NCBI GenBank assembly: GCA_963666835.2
Contig: CAXXGO010000006.1
Span: forward strand, 2,610,493-2,674,492
Direction of reading: 5' to 3'
Length of the DNA stretch: 64,000 nucleotides
DNA from: Phycisphaerae bacterium
Lineage (GTDB): Bacteria; Planctomycetota; Phycisphaerae; UBA1845
In this document: one piece after another, positions 1-10,246 of the stretch
Layout of the letters: every line of letters begins with the position of its first letter
Numbering within the stretch: position 1 is the first letter of the stretch
Notes under the pieces: generated by a model
What the model was told of the DNA's origin: nothing
Databases searched by the model: none
What the model saw: the letters and a program-made list of their open reading frames with translations, nothing else
Made by a program: the position numbers and the translations under genes

Positions 1-1
1 C

Positions 2-1243
2 GTGGATAACGACGGACACGTCGGAGTCGGTCGGGGACCGTCGTCGGCGATTCCGCTTGATGTCCTCGGTGGCAACAACTGGGACGTGGCGGGCGGCGAC
101 GCCGATCTGCGAATCGGAGACAGCAGCTACGGAATCAAAATGGGCGTTGCGCTCAATGGGCTGGGAGCGGGAAGCGCCCGGATCTTCGCTCAGGGCGGTA
201 ACCACAAACTCACTCTTGGCTCAAATGACGAGGATGTACTTACGATCGTCGACAGCAACACGACCACAAGCGGCGACGGCTACGTCGGCATCGGCACTCC
301 GGACCCCGAACAACGATTGCACGTCGTAGGGAAAATGAAGGTCGAGGGCGTGGGTAGTGGTACGTCCGTTTGGGTCGACAACGGCGCCACTGCGGTTTAT
401 GGAGACGGATCCAATACCGGTGTCAAAGGGGTCGGCGATACGTATGGCATGTACGCCAGCGGCGGCACGTACGGTCTTCGCGCGTCCGGGACTTCTTACG
501 GCGTCTACTCCAGCAGCGACGCCGGGACTGCTGTTTATGGGTACGGAACCTCCGGTACGGGCGTCTACGGCAAGAGTAATACGGACATAGGGGTGAGTGC
601 ATACGCCGGGGGAACGGGAACGAGCAACCCGGCCCTGAAGGTCGAGAACTGGAACGCCGGTGGTATTGCGGTCTTCTCGACAACAAACAGTACTGACGCC
701 AACGCGGTGTTCGTGAACAAGGGGACCGGGGACCTGATTAAGGGGTTCACGGGTGCTTCCGGTGGGGACCTTGTCTTCCGGGTGCAGAATGACGGGAAGA
801 CATCTGTGAGCGTGCTGCAGATCACCGGCGGGAGCGACTTGGCGGAACAGTTCGACGTCACCGAAGATGCTCAGCCGGGGATGGTTGTGGCGATCGATCC
901 GAAGAACCCGGGAAAGCTCTGCATTGCGCGCGGAGCGTATAACCGCCGGGTGGCGGGTGTTATCAGCGGGGCCAACGACTTGGAGGTCGGCATGGTCCTG
1001 GCCGACCTGCCGGGCTCGCAGAACTCTCAGCCGATCGCTCTTTCGGGGCGTGTGTGGGTCCGCTGCGATGCCACCGACCGCGCGATTGAGCCCGGGGATA
1101 TGCTCACGACCGCCGACCGTCCGGGGTACGCCATGGTGGCCGCCGACGCGCGACGCGCGTATGGCACCGTGATCGGGAAGGCCATGAGCGGGCTGGATAA
1201 GGGGGCGACCGGCATGGTTCTGGTTCTTGTCAATCTGCAGTAG
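2..1243 (+). CDS. C-terminal part (5'-truncated by the window) of a large secreted or fibre-like protein with Gly-rich beta repeats and a C-terminal chaperone/peptidase-G2-like domain
   Basis: ORF open from the window edge; 'VGIGTPDPEQRLHV' and GVYG repeats; C-terminal 'GGSDLAEQF..PGMVV..GVIS..IALSGRVWV..IEPGDMLTT..IGKA' is typical of these tail domains. Confidence 0.6.
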   Translation: MDNDGHVGVGRGPSSAIPLDVLGGNNWDVAGGDADLRIGDSSYGIKMGVALNGLGAGSARIFAQGGNHKLTLGSNDEDVLTIVDSNTTTSGDGYVGIGTPDPEQRLHVVGKMKVEGVGSGTSVWVDNGATAVYGDGSNTGVKGVGDTYGMYASGGTYGLRASGTSYGVYSSSDAGTAVYGYGTSGTGVYGKSNTDIGVSAYAGGTGTSNPALKVENWNAGGIAVFSTTNSTDANAVFVNKGTGDLIKGFTGASGGDLVFRVQNDGKTSVSVLQITGGSDLAEQFDVTEDAQPGMVVAIDPKNPGKLCIARGAYNRRVAGVISGANDLEVGMVLADLPGSQNSQPIALSGRVWVRCDATDRAIEPGDMLTTADRPGYAMVAADARRAYGTVIGKAMSGLDKGATGMVLVLVNLQ

Positions 1244-1342
1244 TTTTTGGCTGCTGCCGAAGCGGGAGGTGAGATCATGACAAGAATCAAGATGATTCTG
1301 ACCGACACGTTCAGAGTGCGGTCCACTGCAGAGTCTGAGAAT

Positions 1343-2944
1343 ATGCGAAAGCTGCTGATTTCGGCGCCGGCACTTATCTTCGGTGTCTGCCTAATGACAT
1401 CAATGGTTGAGGCTGACGAGAGCCAACTAGTTGCGGGCCGGGTTTCGCTGATGGGGACGCTTCAAGTGCAGTGGGGAGACCCGGTTCCGCTCGATGCAGA
1501 CCGGACGCCACAGAAGCGGTATACCTTACAACACGAGTCGGGCCGGGTTTTCGAGTTGTTCTTCAACGACGAGAAGCTTACGGAGTTAGAGGGACGGACG
1601 CTGCGCGCCGGCGTGGCGATCACCGTGAGCGGGGAATTGGCGGAGCCGAAGGACGATTGGATCTGGGTGGACTCTGTCTCGTTTCCGATGGCCGAGGTGG
1701 AAGGTGATCGACCCCGCGGCGTGTACGGGGAGAAGGTCTATGCGACCATCGCTTGCCGCTTCGCGGATTCGACCGGCACTACGCCGCGCCCGATGAGCTT
1801 CTTCGAGGATCTGATGGGCTCTACCGGTATGAACCACTACTGGGACGAGCTGTCATACGGATACATCAGCATCGACGGTAGTACGGTCGAGGGGTGGTAC
1901 AACCTCCCGCACAATCGGTCTCACTATGTGTATGATATGGATGGCGACGGTGACGTAGACGCGGACTTGGAGGCTCTGGCGATAGACTGCACAGCTGAGG
2001 CGGAGGCCGACATATACTTCCCCGACCATGACGGCATCCTGATGATGTTCAATGAGGTTCTTGATTGCTGCGCGTGGGGAGGGGGGATTACTCTTAATCT
2101 CGATGGGCAATCCAAGGGGTATCGCGCAGGGTGGTTTCCACCGGCCGGGTTCAATCGGCAGGACGTTGTTGGGCACGAGATGGGGCACTCGCTGGGCCTG
2201 CCGCACTCCTCCGGTCCGTATGGGGCGACCTACGATTCTCACTGGGATGTAATGAGCTCCGGAGGCGCTTGCCGCAATCCTCATCCGACTTACGGGTGCA
2301 TCGGAATTCACACGATTTCATACCACAAGGACATGCTCGGCTGGATTGACAGCGACCAACGGTACGAGCCGGACATGTATGTTCCCGGGACGATCCCACT
2401 TCAGCGGCTCGCGCCTCCGGTGTTCTCGGGCAATTATCTCATGGCGAAGATTCCGATCGGCGGGTCCTCCACCCATTTCTATACCGTCGAGACGCGGCTT
2501 TTTGTGGGTTACGACGAGGAGGTCGCGGCCGAGGCCGTAGTGATGCACGATGTCGACACTACCAGGGGCAGCCATGCGCTGGTGGTGGATCCCGACGGGA
2601 ACGGCGATCCGAATGACGCAGGCGCCCAGTGGCTGCCTGGGGAGAGCTTCTACGACGCTACGAACCACATAACCATGTTCGTCGAGCGAGAAATCTCTAA
2701 TGGGTTCGAGGTTTCAATCTCCCGTTCCGCCCGGAATCCCACGTATGTCGACCCGGACAACGGCGGTTTCGAGAACGGGACATCCAGCTATCCGTGGGAC
2801 ACGCTTTATGAGGGCGTGGTGAGTGTCGCGCCGTCCGGAACGTTGTACGTTGCACCCGACAACTATCCTGGGACGCGGACGATCAGGAAACCGCTCACCC
2901 TGCGGCGCGATGGGAGTTCCGGGACCGTTATCATCGGTGAGTAA
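1343..2944 (+). CDS. Secreted zinc metalloprotease (M6/M11-like metzincin)
   Basis: HEMGHSLGLPH (HExxHxxGxxH) and WDVMS Met-turn; signal-peptide-like N-terminus from ATG 1343. Confidence 0.8.
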   Translation: MRKLLISAPALIFGVCLMTSMVEADESQLVAGRVSLMGTLQVQWGDPVPLDADRTPQKRYTLQHESGRVFELFFNDEKLTELEGRTLRAGVAITVSGELAEPKDDWIWVDSVSFPMAEVEGDRPRGVYGEKVYATIACRFADSTGTTPRPMSFFEDLMGSTGMNHYWDELSYGYISIDGSTVEGWYNLPHNRSHYVYDMDGDGDVDADLEALAIDCTAEAEADIYFPDHDGILMMFNEVLDCCAWGGGITLNLDGQSKGYRAGWFPPAGFNRQDVVGHEMGHSLGLPHSSGPYGATYDSHWDVMSSGGACRNPHPTYGCIGIHTISYHKDMLGWIDSDQRYEPDMYVPGTIPLQRLAPPVFSGNYLMAKIPIGGSSTHFYTVETRLFVGYDEEVAAEAVVMHDVDTTRGSHALVVDPDGNGDPNDAGAQWLPGESFYDATNHITMFVEREISNGFEVSISRSARNPTYVDPDNGGFENGTSSYPWDTLYEGVVSVAPSGTLYVAPDNYPGTRTIRKPLTLRRDGSSGTVIIGE

Positions 2945-3356
2945 CTTGGGGCGAAGATCGCCGCATTGGGCGATGATTGACCATGCCGGGCGCGCGGGCG
3001 TTTTGGGGGATTCGCGAGGCGGCATCAGTGGTTCCGCATCTTGGTCGCTATGCTCTCCCCGCCGCGCGCCGCGGATTACCCATTTGTGCGCGCAAATCAA
3101 GCAGGGCTGGCGTTGCGGGTAGGCGTGCAGCATTACTCATTCTTGCCCAATTACTATTGAGTTACTTTCTCAGTGTGGGTAGAAGAGCGATAGCCTGAGT
3201 GCGTTTTCCGTGGGATTACCAGCGGCCTTGAGGGGCCGAGGTGCCTTGCGATGATAGCGGGATAGACGGCGGTGTCTGGGGCTGGGTCGCGTCGCGTCAA
3301 TGTCCGTGGTAGCCGCCGGCCAGGATCTCCGGCTTGGCAACGACAGGAAGTGAGAA

Positions 3357-3740
3357 GTGTCCCAGCGTAAGTCCGGCATGTCCCCAGGGCTCGGCCTACC
3401 ACCGCTTGTTGTGCGCGCGCCTTTGTCAGATGACAGAACAGCGGCACTATCCGATGCCCAGTGGGAGGAAGTTATAGACGAGCTCAGCCTGTCGGCACGG
3501 CAGGGCGAGTTGGTGCGCCACATCTTCAACGGCAAGAAACAGTTGGCAATTGCGGGGGAAATGGGGCTCGGCCTCGGGACGATCAAGACGTACTTCCGAA
3601 GAGTCTATCGGAAGCTCGGAGTCACGAACCGGAGCGAGCTGGTCGCCAGAGTGCTGTTTGCCCATCTGATACTGGTACGTGAGGGTGATCTCGATGGGGC
3701 GACAGCCGCCCCGACGGTTGCCGTCGATGAACGGTCTTGA
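3357..3740 (+). CDS. Stand-alone LuxR-type helix-turn-helix transcriptional regulator
   Basis: 'LSARQGELVRHIFNGKKQLAIAGEMGLGLGTIKTYFRRVYRKLGVTNRSELV' matches the LuxR C-terminal HTH; no receiver domain; start uncertain. Confidence 0.8.
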   Translation: MSQRKSGMSPGLGLPPLVVRAPLSDDRTAALSDAQWEEVIDELSLSARQGELVRHIFNGKKQLAIAGEMGLGLGTIKTYFRRVYRKLGVTNRSELVARVLFAHLILVREGDLDGATAAPTVAVDERS

Positions 3741-3957
3741 GGACTTCTTGCTGCCCGACTCGTCCTGCGGTGCTGTCGAACGGAGACTGTTGCGGCTTCG
3801 CGAGATATTCCCCTTGCACATAGGCTGCTTCTGGTAGTCCGCCGGCGATAACTACATGCGTCTCGATCGCGGGGGCCGTCCGGCTGTTGCCGGACGGCGT
3901 GTCTCCCGCGATGTCGACGACGTTTCTTCGGCGATTTTCTGCCGAATAAGGGCAAAA

Positions 3958-6900
3958 CTAGCGTCTGTTCTCAGGACGCGCCGGTTTTCGCGAGACGGGT
4001 TCATCGATGGGCGTCGCCTCGTCCGCCATAAGTTGCAGGAATCTGTCCGGGATGGTAATGCTCCGATCTTGGGCAAACAGGGCGATGTCATTGGCGTCGA
4101 GGATGCCGTTGCCGTCGAGATCCGCGGCTTGCGCGGCAGGCATACCGACTGTCAGAGCAATGTCATGAACGGTAGCACTCGAATGCCCGATCCCGGCCAG
4201 CTCTTGTTGCTGTGCCGGCGATAGGTTGCCTACGCCTGCCGGTTGAATCCGGTAAGCCGTTTGGTTGCCGCGCGGCTCCGCTATCAGGTTCGAGGCGTAC
4301 ATCAGTGTCCGGCATCCGGCTCCCGGGTCATCACCGGTCTTGAGGAAGTTGATCAGGATGCAGAGGAAGTCATTGGTGGTGACGATTCCGTCGCAATCGA
4401 AGTCGGCGTGATACGGCGGGGGAGGACCAACCAGCTCATCTTCGCACCGGGTTATCACCGGGGTCGGCCAGGTCAGGTATTGCCTGAACAGGATTGCGTA
4501 ATCGGTGATGTCGACGACGTTGTTGTTGTCAGCATCTCCGCAGCGCAGTTGGTTGGCGGCCGTTAGGTCGGCTACGAATTGCCCGCCCGCCGGGCGAAGA
4601 TGGACCGTACGCCGAAGCGTGTGCAGGTCGTCTTTCACGCTGAGGCAATCCCAGGTTCCGTACGGTACGTCGAGGGATGCCGAGGCAACACCGTTCTGGA
4701 ACGTCAGCTCTTCTGCAAACGTGGTTTCGGAGGCGGTGCCCGGGCAGGGGACCCCGCAACTACTCAGGACGAAGCTGAGGCAGCGCGGACATTCCCCGTT
4801 CAGCTCCGCGGCTTCCGACCGGACTATCAGGTCGAGGATGTTGTCACCCCCGACAACAACTGTCTGTTGGTGGGTCGCAGAGCTGCCTTGGGGATCGGTG
4901 GCCGTCCAGGTTAACGTGGTCGTGCCTACGGGGTATTGATCGTTCCAGCAGTCCAACCCGTCATCGCGCTCACAGGTCGCCGAACATGACCCGCAGTTGT
5001 CCTCGCAGGTAGGTTCGCCCGGGTCGACGTGAGCTCCACATTCGCCCGGGTCGGGGGTAGCCTCGACGTCGGGCGGCGAGGCAACCGTGGGAGCTTGGCA
5101 ATCGTCCACGATAACCGTTTGCCGGCATGTGGTCAGGTTGCCCGAAGGATCGGTAGCCGTCCAGGTCAAGGTGGTTGGTCCTACCGGATAGGGGTCGTCT
5201 TCGCAGTCCTCACTGTCCTCCCTGCTACAGGTTACCGTGCATGCGCAGTTGTCGGTACACGCAGCCGACCCGGGGAAGACCACCGCCTGACACTGATCCG
5301 GATCGTTGCACTGCTCGACGTCAAGTGGGCACTCGATTTCCGGATGTTGTTCGTCGCTGACCGTAACCGTCGTCGTGCATGTGGCCGTGTTGCCCGCCTC
5401 GTCGGTTGCCGTCCACGTCAATGTAGTAACCCCGACGGGATAGGATGCGCTCTGGCAGTCCTCGCCGTCGTCGCGCGAGCAGGACGTCGTGCAATTGCAG
5501 GCATCAGTGCAGGTGGGCTCCCCGGGGTCAATTGCGATTTCACACGCATCGGGATCGACCGTGGCGGGGAGAGGGTCGCTCGGGCAGGTCAGGATCGGCG
5601 GGGAGTCATCGACTATAAACGGGATCTCGTCACCCAGCAGCGGGAAGTTCTGAGTGCCCAACGAGTCTGCCAGGTGTGTTGGAGATTCGTGATCGAGATC
5701 GAAAGCAATCGAGCCGTGGCCGGTACCGGCTCCGGCCGGCTTGGTCGACAGTAATAGCGTGGCCATTGGGTTGTCAGCCGCGGAGGCGGCTTCACCCAAG
5801 GGAATAGCCACCGCGTATGCGATAGTGCCGGTGCAGCCGTCCACCGAGACCGCCTTGAAGATCTCGGCGGAGAACGGAGACAAACCGGAGGTCGGACACG
5901 GGGAGATCCCCGGGACGGAATGATCACCCGGGGCTATGGCCAGCAGATCGAGTAAGCATGCGTCGTATTCCAGGAAGAACTGCCCACCGATCATGTCCTG
6001 TCCGTAGAGATTGCGTACGTCAATCGTGACGCACAGATCTTGCCCGGACGAAAAGCAGGTCCTTTCGTTGTGCAGATTCAGCTCCAGCAACCCGCAACTG
6101 ACCGGATCGCTCGTACATACGGCGGTCTCTTCGTCGCAGAGGTCCGCCGTACACGCGATGCCGTCGTCGCATAAGCTGATGCCGGGCGTGCAGATGCCCG
6201 CCTCGTTGCAGAACTCGTCACCATCGCAAACGAGCCCGTTAGGGCATGGCGTGCCGGCGGGTTCATAGTTGGGCAAACACTCGCCGTCGCCGTTGCAGGT
6301 GTCGGGATGATCACAGGTGGAATCGGCGGGATCACCACATGGTGTGCCCGATGGTAACAGCACATACGTGCAGCCTTCGATTGGGTCGCACGAGTCCTCG
6401 GTACACTCGATTTCATCATCGCAGACGAGGGGGCCTTCCGAGACGCAGCCGGCTGTAGTGTCGCAGTACTCGACGCCCGTGCAGGCGTCACCGTCGTCGC
6501 ACATCTCGTGAAACGGTACATGCTCTCCACATTCGTCCGTTACTTCATCACAACTGTCGCTGGTACACTCGATTCCGTCATCGCATCGAGTGACGCCGGG
6601 CTGGCATGTTCCGGCCCCGTCACAGGTTTCGTCGCCGTCGCACCATAGACCATTGGAGCATGGTGCTCCCAGCGGCTCGATGTTCTCGTCGCAGTTGCCG
6701 GTGCCGTCGCAGGTGTCCGGTCTGTCACATGCGCTATCGCTCGGATCACCGCATGCCGTCCCCTGCGCCACGCCGGGGTGGATGCAAACGCCGCTGTTGC
6801 AGACGTCGTCGGTACATTCATTCCCGTCTTCAGTGCAACCGGTGCCGTCCGGTTCGTGGTTTGGCAGGCACACGCCCGCTCCGTTGCAGGTGTCGGGGGT

Positions 6901-8892
6901 AGTGCATTCGTCGTCTGTAGGATCACCGCAAGCTGTGCCGATCTCGCGGTTCGGGTGGATGCACACCCCGCTGGCGCAAACGTCGTCAGTGCATTCACTT
7001 CCGTCATCGGCGCAGTCGGTGCCGTCCGGCTCGTGGTTTACGAGGCACTCGCCCGCTCCGTCGCAGGAATCCGCTGCCGTGCAGGCATTGTCGGTCGGAT
7101 CTCCGCACGGGGTCCCGACCTGTTTGTTCGGGTGAGTGCATCCGCCGGCTAAGCAAATATCGTCTGTGCACTCGAAGCCGTCATCACTACAGGCGGAATC
7201 GTCCGGCATGTGATTGTCCAGGCAAGTCCCGGCACCATCGCACGTGTCCGGGGCCGTGCAATCCGTGTCCGCCGGATCGCCGCAGACCGTCCCGGCCGGG
7301 TGTGGCGGATAGACGCATAGGCCTGCGTCACACGTGTCGCCCGTGCAGGCGTTTCCGTCTTCCGGGCAGTCCTCGTCTAGGCAACATTCGGCCGCGCAAC
7401 TGGCGGTGTCGGCGCAGCATACCGGCGTGGGCTCGCTGCACGGGGCAGTGCCGGGTTGGCAATAGCCGTCGACACATGTCTCGGTACCGTTGCAGAACTC
7501 CCCGTCGTCGCAGTCGACCGGCGCGGGGCACGTTACCAAAGCGCACGCCTGGCCGTCAAACCACGTGCCTCCCGCTGCGGTACAATCCGTCTCAGAAACT
7601 GCGTCCGTGCAGCCCTCTTCACATTCGTGGCAGCACGCCCCGTCGTGCAGCGGTTTGATGTTCCGCAGTAGATACTCATCCGCTGTATAGCAGGCGGTCG
7701 AGGGACAGGCTATGTTGTCCAACGCGTACCAGGCTGTTTCCGGGCTGCCCCACCCGTAGTTGATATGGTATTGAGGCGAGCCGCCGGTATCTTGCCAGCC
7801 GTCGCAGATTACCGTATGACCAGTCAAGCCGTATATCATCGGTCGGCCGGCGTCGATCTCCGCGCGGATCAAACCGAACCAGTCTTCGGCCGTGTATGCG
7901 TCGCGTTCCTCTCTGATCATCCCCGGGTCAAAGCGGAAGTGGGTTGTGAGCACTTCTGACGCCGTTGTGGTTGAGGGGTACGATTGGCATTTACCGAAGT
8001 CGGTCCTCAAGGCTACGGCGACCTCGTAACAAAGCTCCGCTACGGCGGCTTCCTGTTCGGTGGAACAACCCGCCGTGCACTCGGTTGGCATGTTGGACCA
8101 ATCGTAGGGGTCAGAGAAATCTGCGGCCAGGTTACTCCCTGGCACGAGCGGGCCGCACGAGTCGTCGCCGTCCCAAGTATAGAAGCCGTCCGGGAGTGGG
8201 TAGTTGCCGACCCCGGCCGGGGGCCACTGGTGGAAGTTCAACACTTGGGCAACTGCCGTGGCTATACCGGTCAAACGTGTTCGTGCTCCGTCCCCCATGG
8301 GGCACAAGTTGTTATAGGGGGCCGTAGGATGCCACGAAGTTGTCAGCAAAGGGCCCGCCTCCGCCAGGCCCCCGTTTGCTTTCACGGCCGGGCTTTGGGC
8401 GAGGAGCTTTGGAGGTGCGGTAAGCCGGTCCCATTCCTCTCGATCGGCTCGGTTGAACAACACCGAACCGGTGGCCGGCTGTAAGGCGTCAAGGCTGCCG
8501 TAACGCTGTTGATAGCGGGCGAATCTGTTCTTAAGATCCTTACGAAGAAGCTGCGGCAGACCGTCGGTTCGACTCAGGTCGAGGTCGCCGGCGTCGGAAT
8601 AGGCGTGGATTGGCGGAAGTTCCTTCAATGCCGGCACGACGACGTAGCCGTCGGGCGAAATGGAGTAGCAGCTTGCGACCCACTGTTGTCCGGTGAAGAT
8701 CCGGCGGGCCTGGGTGATGCTCGGCCTCGAGCTGCCGGCCCAGGTTCCGTCTCGTTGGACCGAATCGGCAAGCCAGTTCAGGCATACGGTCTGCATTTCC
8801 TGTTCGGTGGGTACTTCGCCGCGCGCTGGTAACACCATCGTAATGGACGAGCTTAAGGCTAGGGTAAACGCAACAAGGATCGTCATTCGCAT
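3958..8892 (-). CDS. Large secreted multidomain protein: C10 (streptopain-like) prodomain and peptidase fold, Cys-rich repeats, cohesin-like domain, three HYR-like domains, dockerin-like C-terminus
   Basis: GGAGG RBS before ATG 8892; signal peptide; 'GPLLTTSWH..PYNNLCP', 'GHTVICDGW', 'YHINYGWG'; three 'YPVG.TTLTWTATD' repeats; paired 'GDADNNNVVDITD'/'ADFDCDGIVTTND' Ca-binding loops. Confidence 0.8.
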   Translation of the reverse strand: MRMTILVAFTLALSSSITMVLPARGEVPTEQEMQTVCLNWLADSVQRDGTWAGSSRPSITQARRIFTGQQWVASCYSISPDGYVVVPALKELPPIHAYSDAGDLDLSRTDGLPQLLRKDLKNRFARYQQRYGSLDALQPATGSVLFNRADREEWDRLTAPPKLLAQSPAVKANGGLAEAGPLLTTSWHPTAPYNNLCPMGDGARTRLTGIATAVAQVLNFHQWPPAGVGNYPLPDGFYTWDGDDSCGPLVPGSNLAADFSDPYDWSNMPTECTAGCSTEQEAAVAELCYEVAVALRTDFGKCQSYPSTTTASEVLTTHFRFDPGMIREERDAYTAEDWFGLIRAEIDAGRPMIYGLTGHTVICDGWQDTGGSPQYHINYGWGSPETAWYALDNIACPSTACYTADEYLLRNIKPLHDGACCHECEEGCTDAVSETDCTAAGGTWFDGQACALVTCPAPVDCDDGEFCNGTETCVDGYCQPGTAPCSEPTPVCCADTASCAAECCLDEDCPEDGNACTGDTCDAGLCVYPPHPAGTVCGDPADTDCTAPDTCDGAGTCLDNHMPDDSACSDDGFECTDDICLAGGCTHPNKQVGTPCGDPTDNACTAADSCDGAGECLVNHEPDGTDCADDGSECTDDVCASGVCIHPNREIGTACGDPTDDECTTPDTCNGAGVCLPNHEPDGTGCTEDGNECTDDVCNSGVCIHPGVAQGTACGDPSDSACDRPDTCDGTGNCDENIEPLGAPCSNGLWCDGDETCDGAGTCQPGVTRCDDGIECTSDSCDEVTDECGEHVPFHEMCDDGDACTGVEYCDTTAGCVSEGPLVCDDEIECTEDSCDPIEGCTYVLLPSGTPCGDPADSTCDHPDTCNGDGECLPNYEPAGTPCPNGLVCDGDEFCNEAGICTPGISLCDDGIACTADLCDEETAVCTSDPVSCGLLELNLHNERTCFSSGQDLCVTIDVRNLYGQDMIGGQFFLEYDACLLDLLAIAPGDHSVPGISPCPTSGLSPFSAEIFKAVSVDGCTGTIAYAVAIPLGEAASAADNPMATLLLSTKPAGAGTGHGSIAFDLDHESPTHLADSLGTQNFPLLGDEIPFIVDDSPPILTCPSDPLPATVDPDACEIAIDPGEPTCTDACNCTTSCSRDDGEDCQSASYPVGVTTLTWTATDEAGNTATCTTTVTVSDEQHPEIECPLDVEQCNDPDQCQAVVFPGSAACTDNCACTVTCSREDSEDCEDDPYPVGPTTLTWTATDPSGNLTTCRQTVIVDDCQAPTVASPPDVEATPDPGECGAHVDPGEPTCEDNCGSCSATCERDDGLDCWNDQYPVGTTTLTWTATDPQGSSATHQQTVVVGGDNILDLIVRSEAAELNGECPRCLSFVLSSCGVPCPGTASETTFAEELTFQNGVASASLDVPYGTWDCLSVKDDLHTLRRTVHLRPAGGQFVADLTAANQLRCGDADNNNVVDITDYAILFRQYLTWPTPVITRCEDELVGPPPPYHADFDCDGIVTTNDFLCILINFLKTGDDPGAGCRTLMYASNLIAEPRGNQTAYRIQPAGVGNLSPAQQQELAGIGHSSATVHDIALTVGMPAAQAADLDGNGILDANDIALFAQDRSITIPDRFLQLMADEATPIDEPVSRKPARPENRR
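6700..7330 (-). repeat. Intragenic tandem Cys-rich repeats (~60 aa / 180 bp unit)
   Basis: Repeated 'GT.CGDP.D..CT.PDTCDGAG.CL.NH.PDG..C.DDG.ECTDD.C..G.C.HP' in the translation; boundaries approximate. Confidence 0.8.
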
Positions 8893-9095
8893 AGCAGGTT
8901 CCTCCGATGTTAGATGAAAACGCTGTCGTGCCGATGACAGCAGAAATCTCCGTGGCAGATGCCAGAGGCATGTGAGTAGATGTCTTCCTGGCTTCGCGAC
9001 ATTGAATGTCCACACTCCGGCTGTTGATAGGATTACTGACAGACCGTAACACAAGAATATGCCCAGTGTTTACTTGCGCACAAGAGGGCTATTGA

Positions 9096-9161
9096 GGTGA
9101 CGTCCACTGGGATGTCATCCATACAGATGACGTCCGGGCGGCCGTCACCTGGATAGGTGAA
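9096..9161. promoter_or_regulatory. Phased palindromic operator-like array (GTCAYC-N6-GRTGAM, 30-bp period)
   Basis: GTCATC-catac a-GATGAC at 9114-9131, GTCACC-tggata-GGTGAA at 9144-9161, and a lone half-site GGTGAC at 9096-9101. Confidence 0.5.
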
Positions 9162-9393
9162 TGGGCGACTCGTCAGTTATGGCAACGGGTGGCGTGGCAA
9201 TCCGCGCGGATCTTGACGGGGTGACCGAGCAGGCATCGGGCCAGGGTAGGTGGGAACGCACAGACCCCGGATACCGTCAATAGCCTGTTTGGTCGGATTG
9301 TACGTCCGATATCGTTGTGCGTAGACCTAGCCGGTCGGTCTGGTCCGGAGAGACTTTGGACAAACTGCTGTTCACCCCGGAAAGACGTAAGAA

Positions 9394-9466
9394 TGGAGCC
9401 GAGCGGGCTCGAACCGCCGACCTCCTGGTTGCAAACCAGGCGCTCTCCCAGCTGAGCTACGGCCCC
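9394..9466 (-). tRNA. tRNA-Ala(UGC), CCA not encoded
   Basis: Reverse complement GGGGCCGTAGCTCAGCTGGGAGAGCGCCTGGTTTGCAACCAGGAGGTCGGCGGTTCGAGCCCGCTCGGCTCCA; cloverleaf, TTCG T-loop, anticodon TGC. Confidence 0.97.
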
Positions 9467-9733
9467 GTGTACGCACGACGAAGCTGCCGCAGCCGCGTAG
9501 CGCAGGCATTCTGCCTGCCGCCGGCGACCTTGACGGCCCCGCGCGTGCCAGGGGAAGCTACCATATCGGCGGGGATAAGCAAGCGTCGGGACCCACCCCG
9601 ACCGGCGAGACCATGAGCGATAACGTGCCCACGCCCGGCGGGGCGACCATTGTATAACGGCGAACAGAGATTCCGCGGCGGTGGCGGTGACTCGGGGTCG
9701 CCATGCGGGTGCGGTTCTGCAATACTGGCGATC

Positions 9734-10246
9734 ATGGCCGAGCACGTAGTCATTGACGGGAACAACCTGCTGTACGCCATGCACGAGCACGCTCCGGTGC
9801 CCGCCGTCGGTCGGGAGACCCTGGTCAAGGTTATCGAACGTTGGGCGAGGCGGGGCGACGATCGGGTCACGCTGGTGTTCGACGGCGCCGCTCCGCGCGG
9901 TGGGCTCTCGAAGCAGATGTCCTCCTCCCGAATCACCGTTCGGTTCAGCGTGCCGGTAACGGCCGACGATGTTATTGTGGACCTCGTCCAGCGCGCCGAA
10001 GACGCTCCGAGCATTCGCGTGGTGACCAGCGACACGGCCATCAGCCACGAAGCGAGGCTGAGACGCAGTCGCCACACCGACAGCGTTGCGTTCGTTAAGG
10101 AGCTGTTCGCAGGTCCAGCCGACAACGGACCTCGTTTCAAACCGGCCTCCGAACCGGCGAAGGAGAAACCCGACGAGATGTCGCCCGAAGAGGTTCGCGA
10201 GTGGCTGGACCTGTTCGGGGCCGACGGTGCTGATCGCGCGGACTAG
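9734..10246 (+). CDS. NYN domain (YacP/Rae1-like) ribonuclease
   Basis: 'VVIDGNNLL', 'LVFDG', 'TADDVI', 'VVTSD' motifs. Confidence 0.85.
   Translation: MAEHVVIDGNNLLYAMHEHAPVPAVGRETLVKVIERWARRGDDRVTLVFDGAAPRGGLSKQMSSSRITVRFSVPVTADDVIVDLVQRAEDAPSIRVVTSDTAISHEARLRRSRHTDSVAFVKELFAGPADNGPRFKPASEPAKEKPDEMSPEEVREWLDLFGADGADRAD

Noticed and set aside
1..9393. Genomic island integrated at the tRNA-Ala 3' end
   Set aside because: Position is suggestive, but there is no integrase and no duplicated tRNA 3' end in the window.
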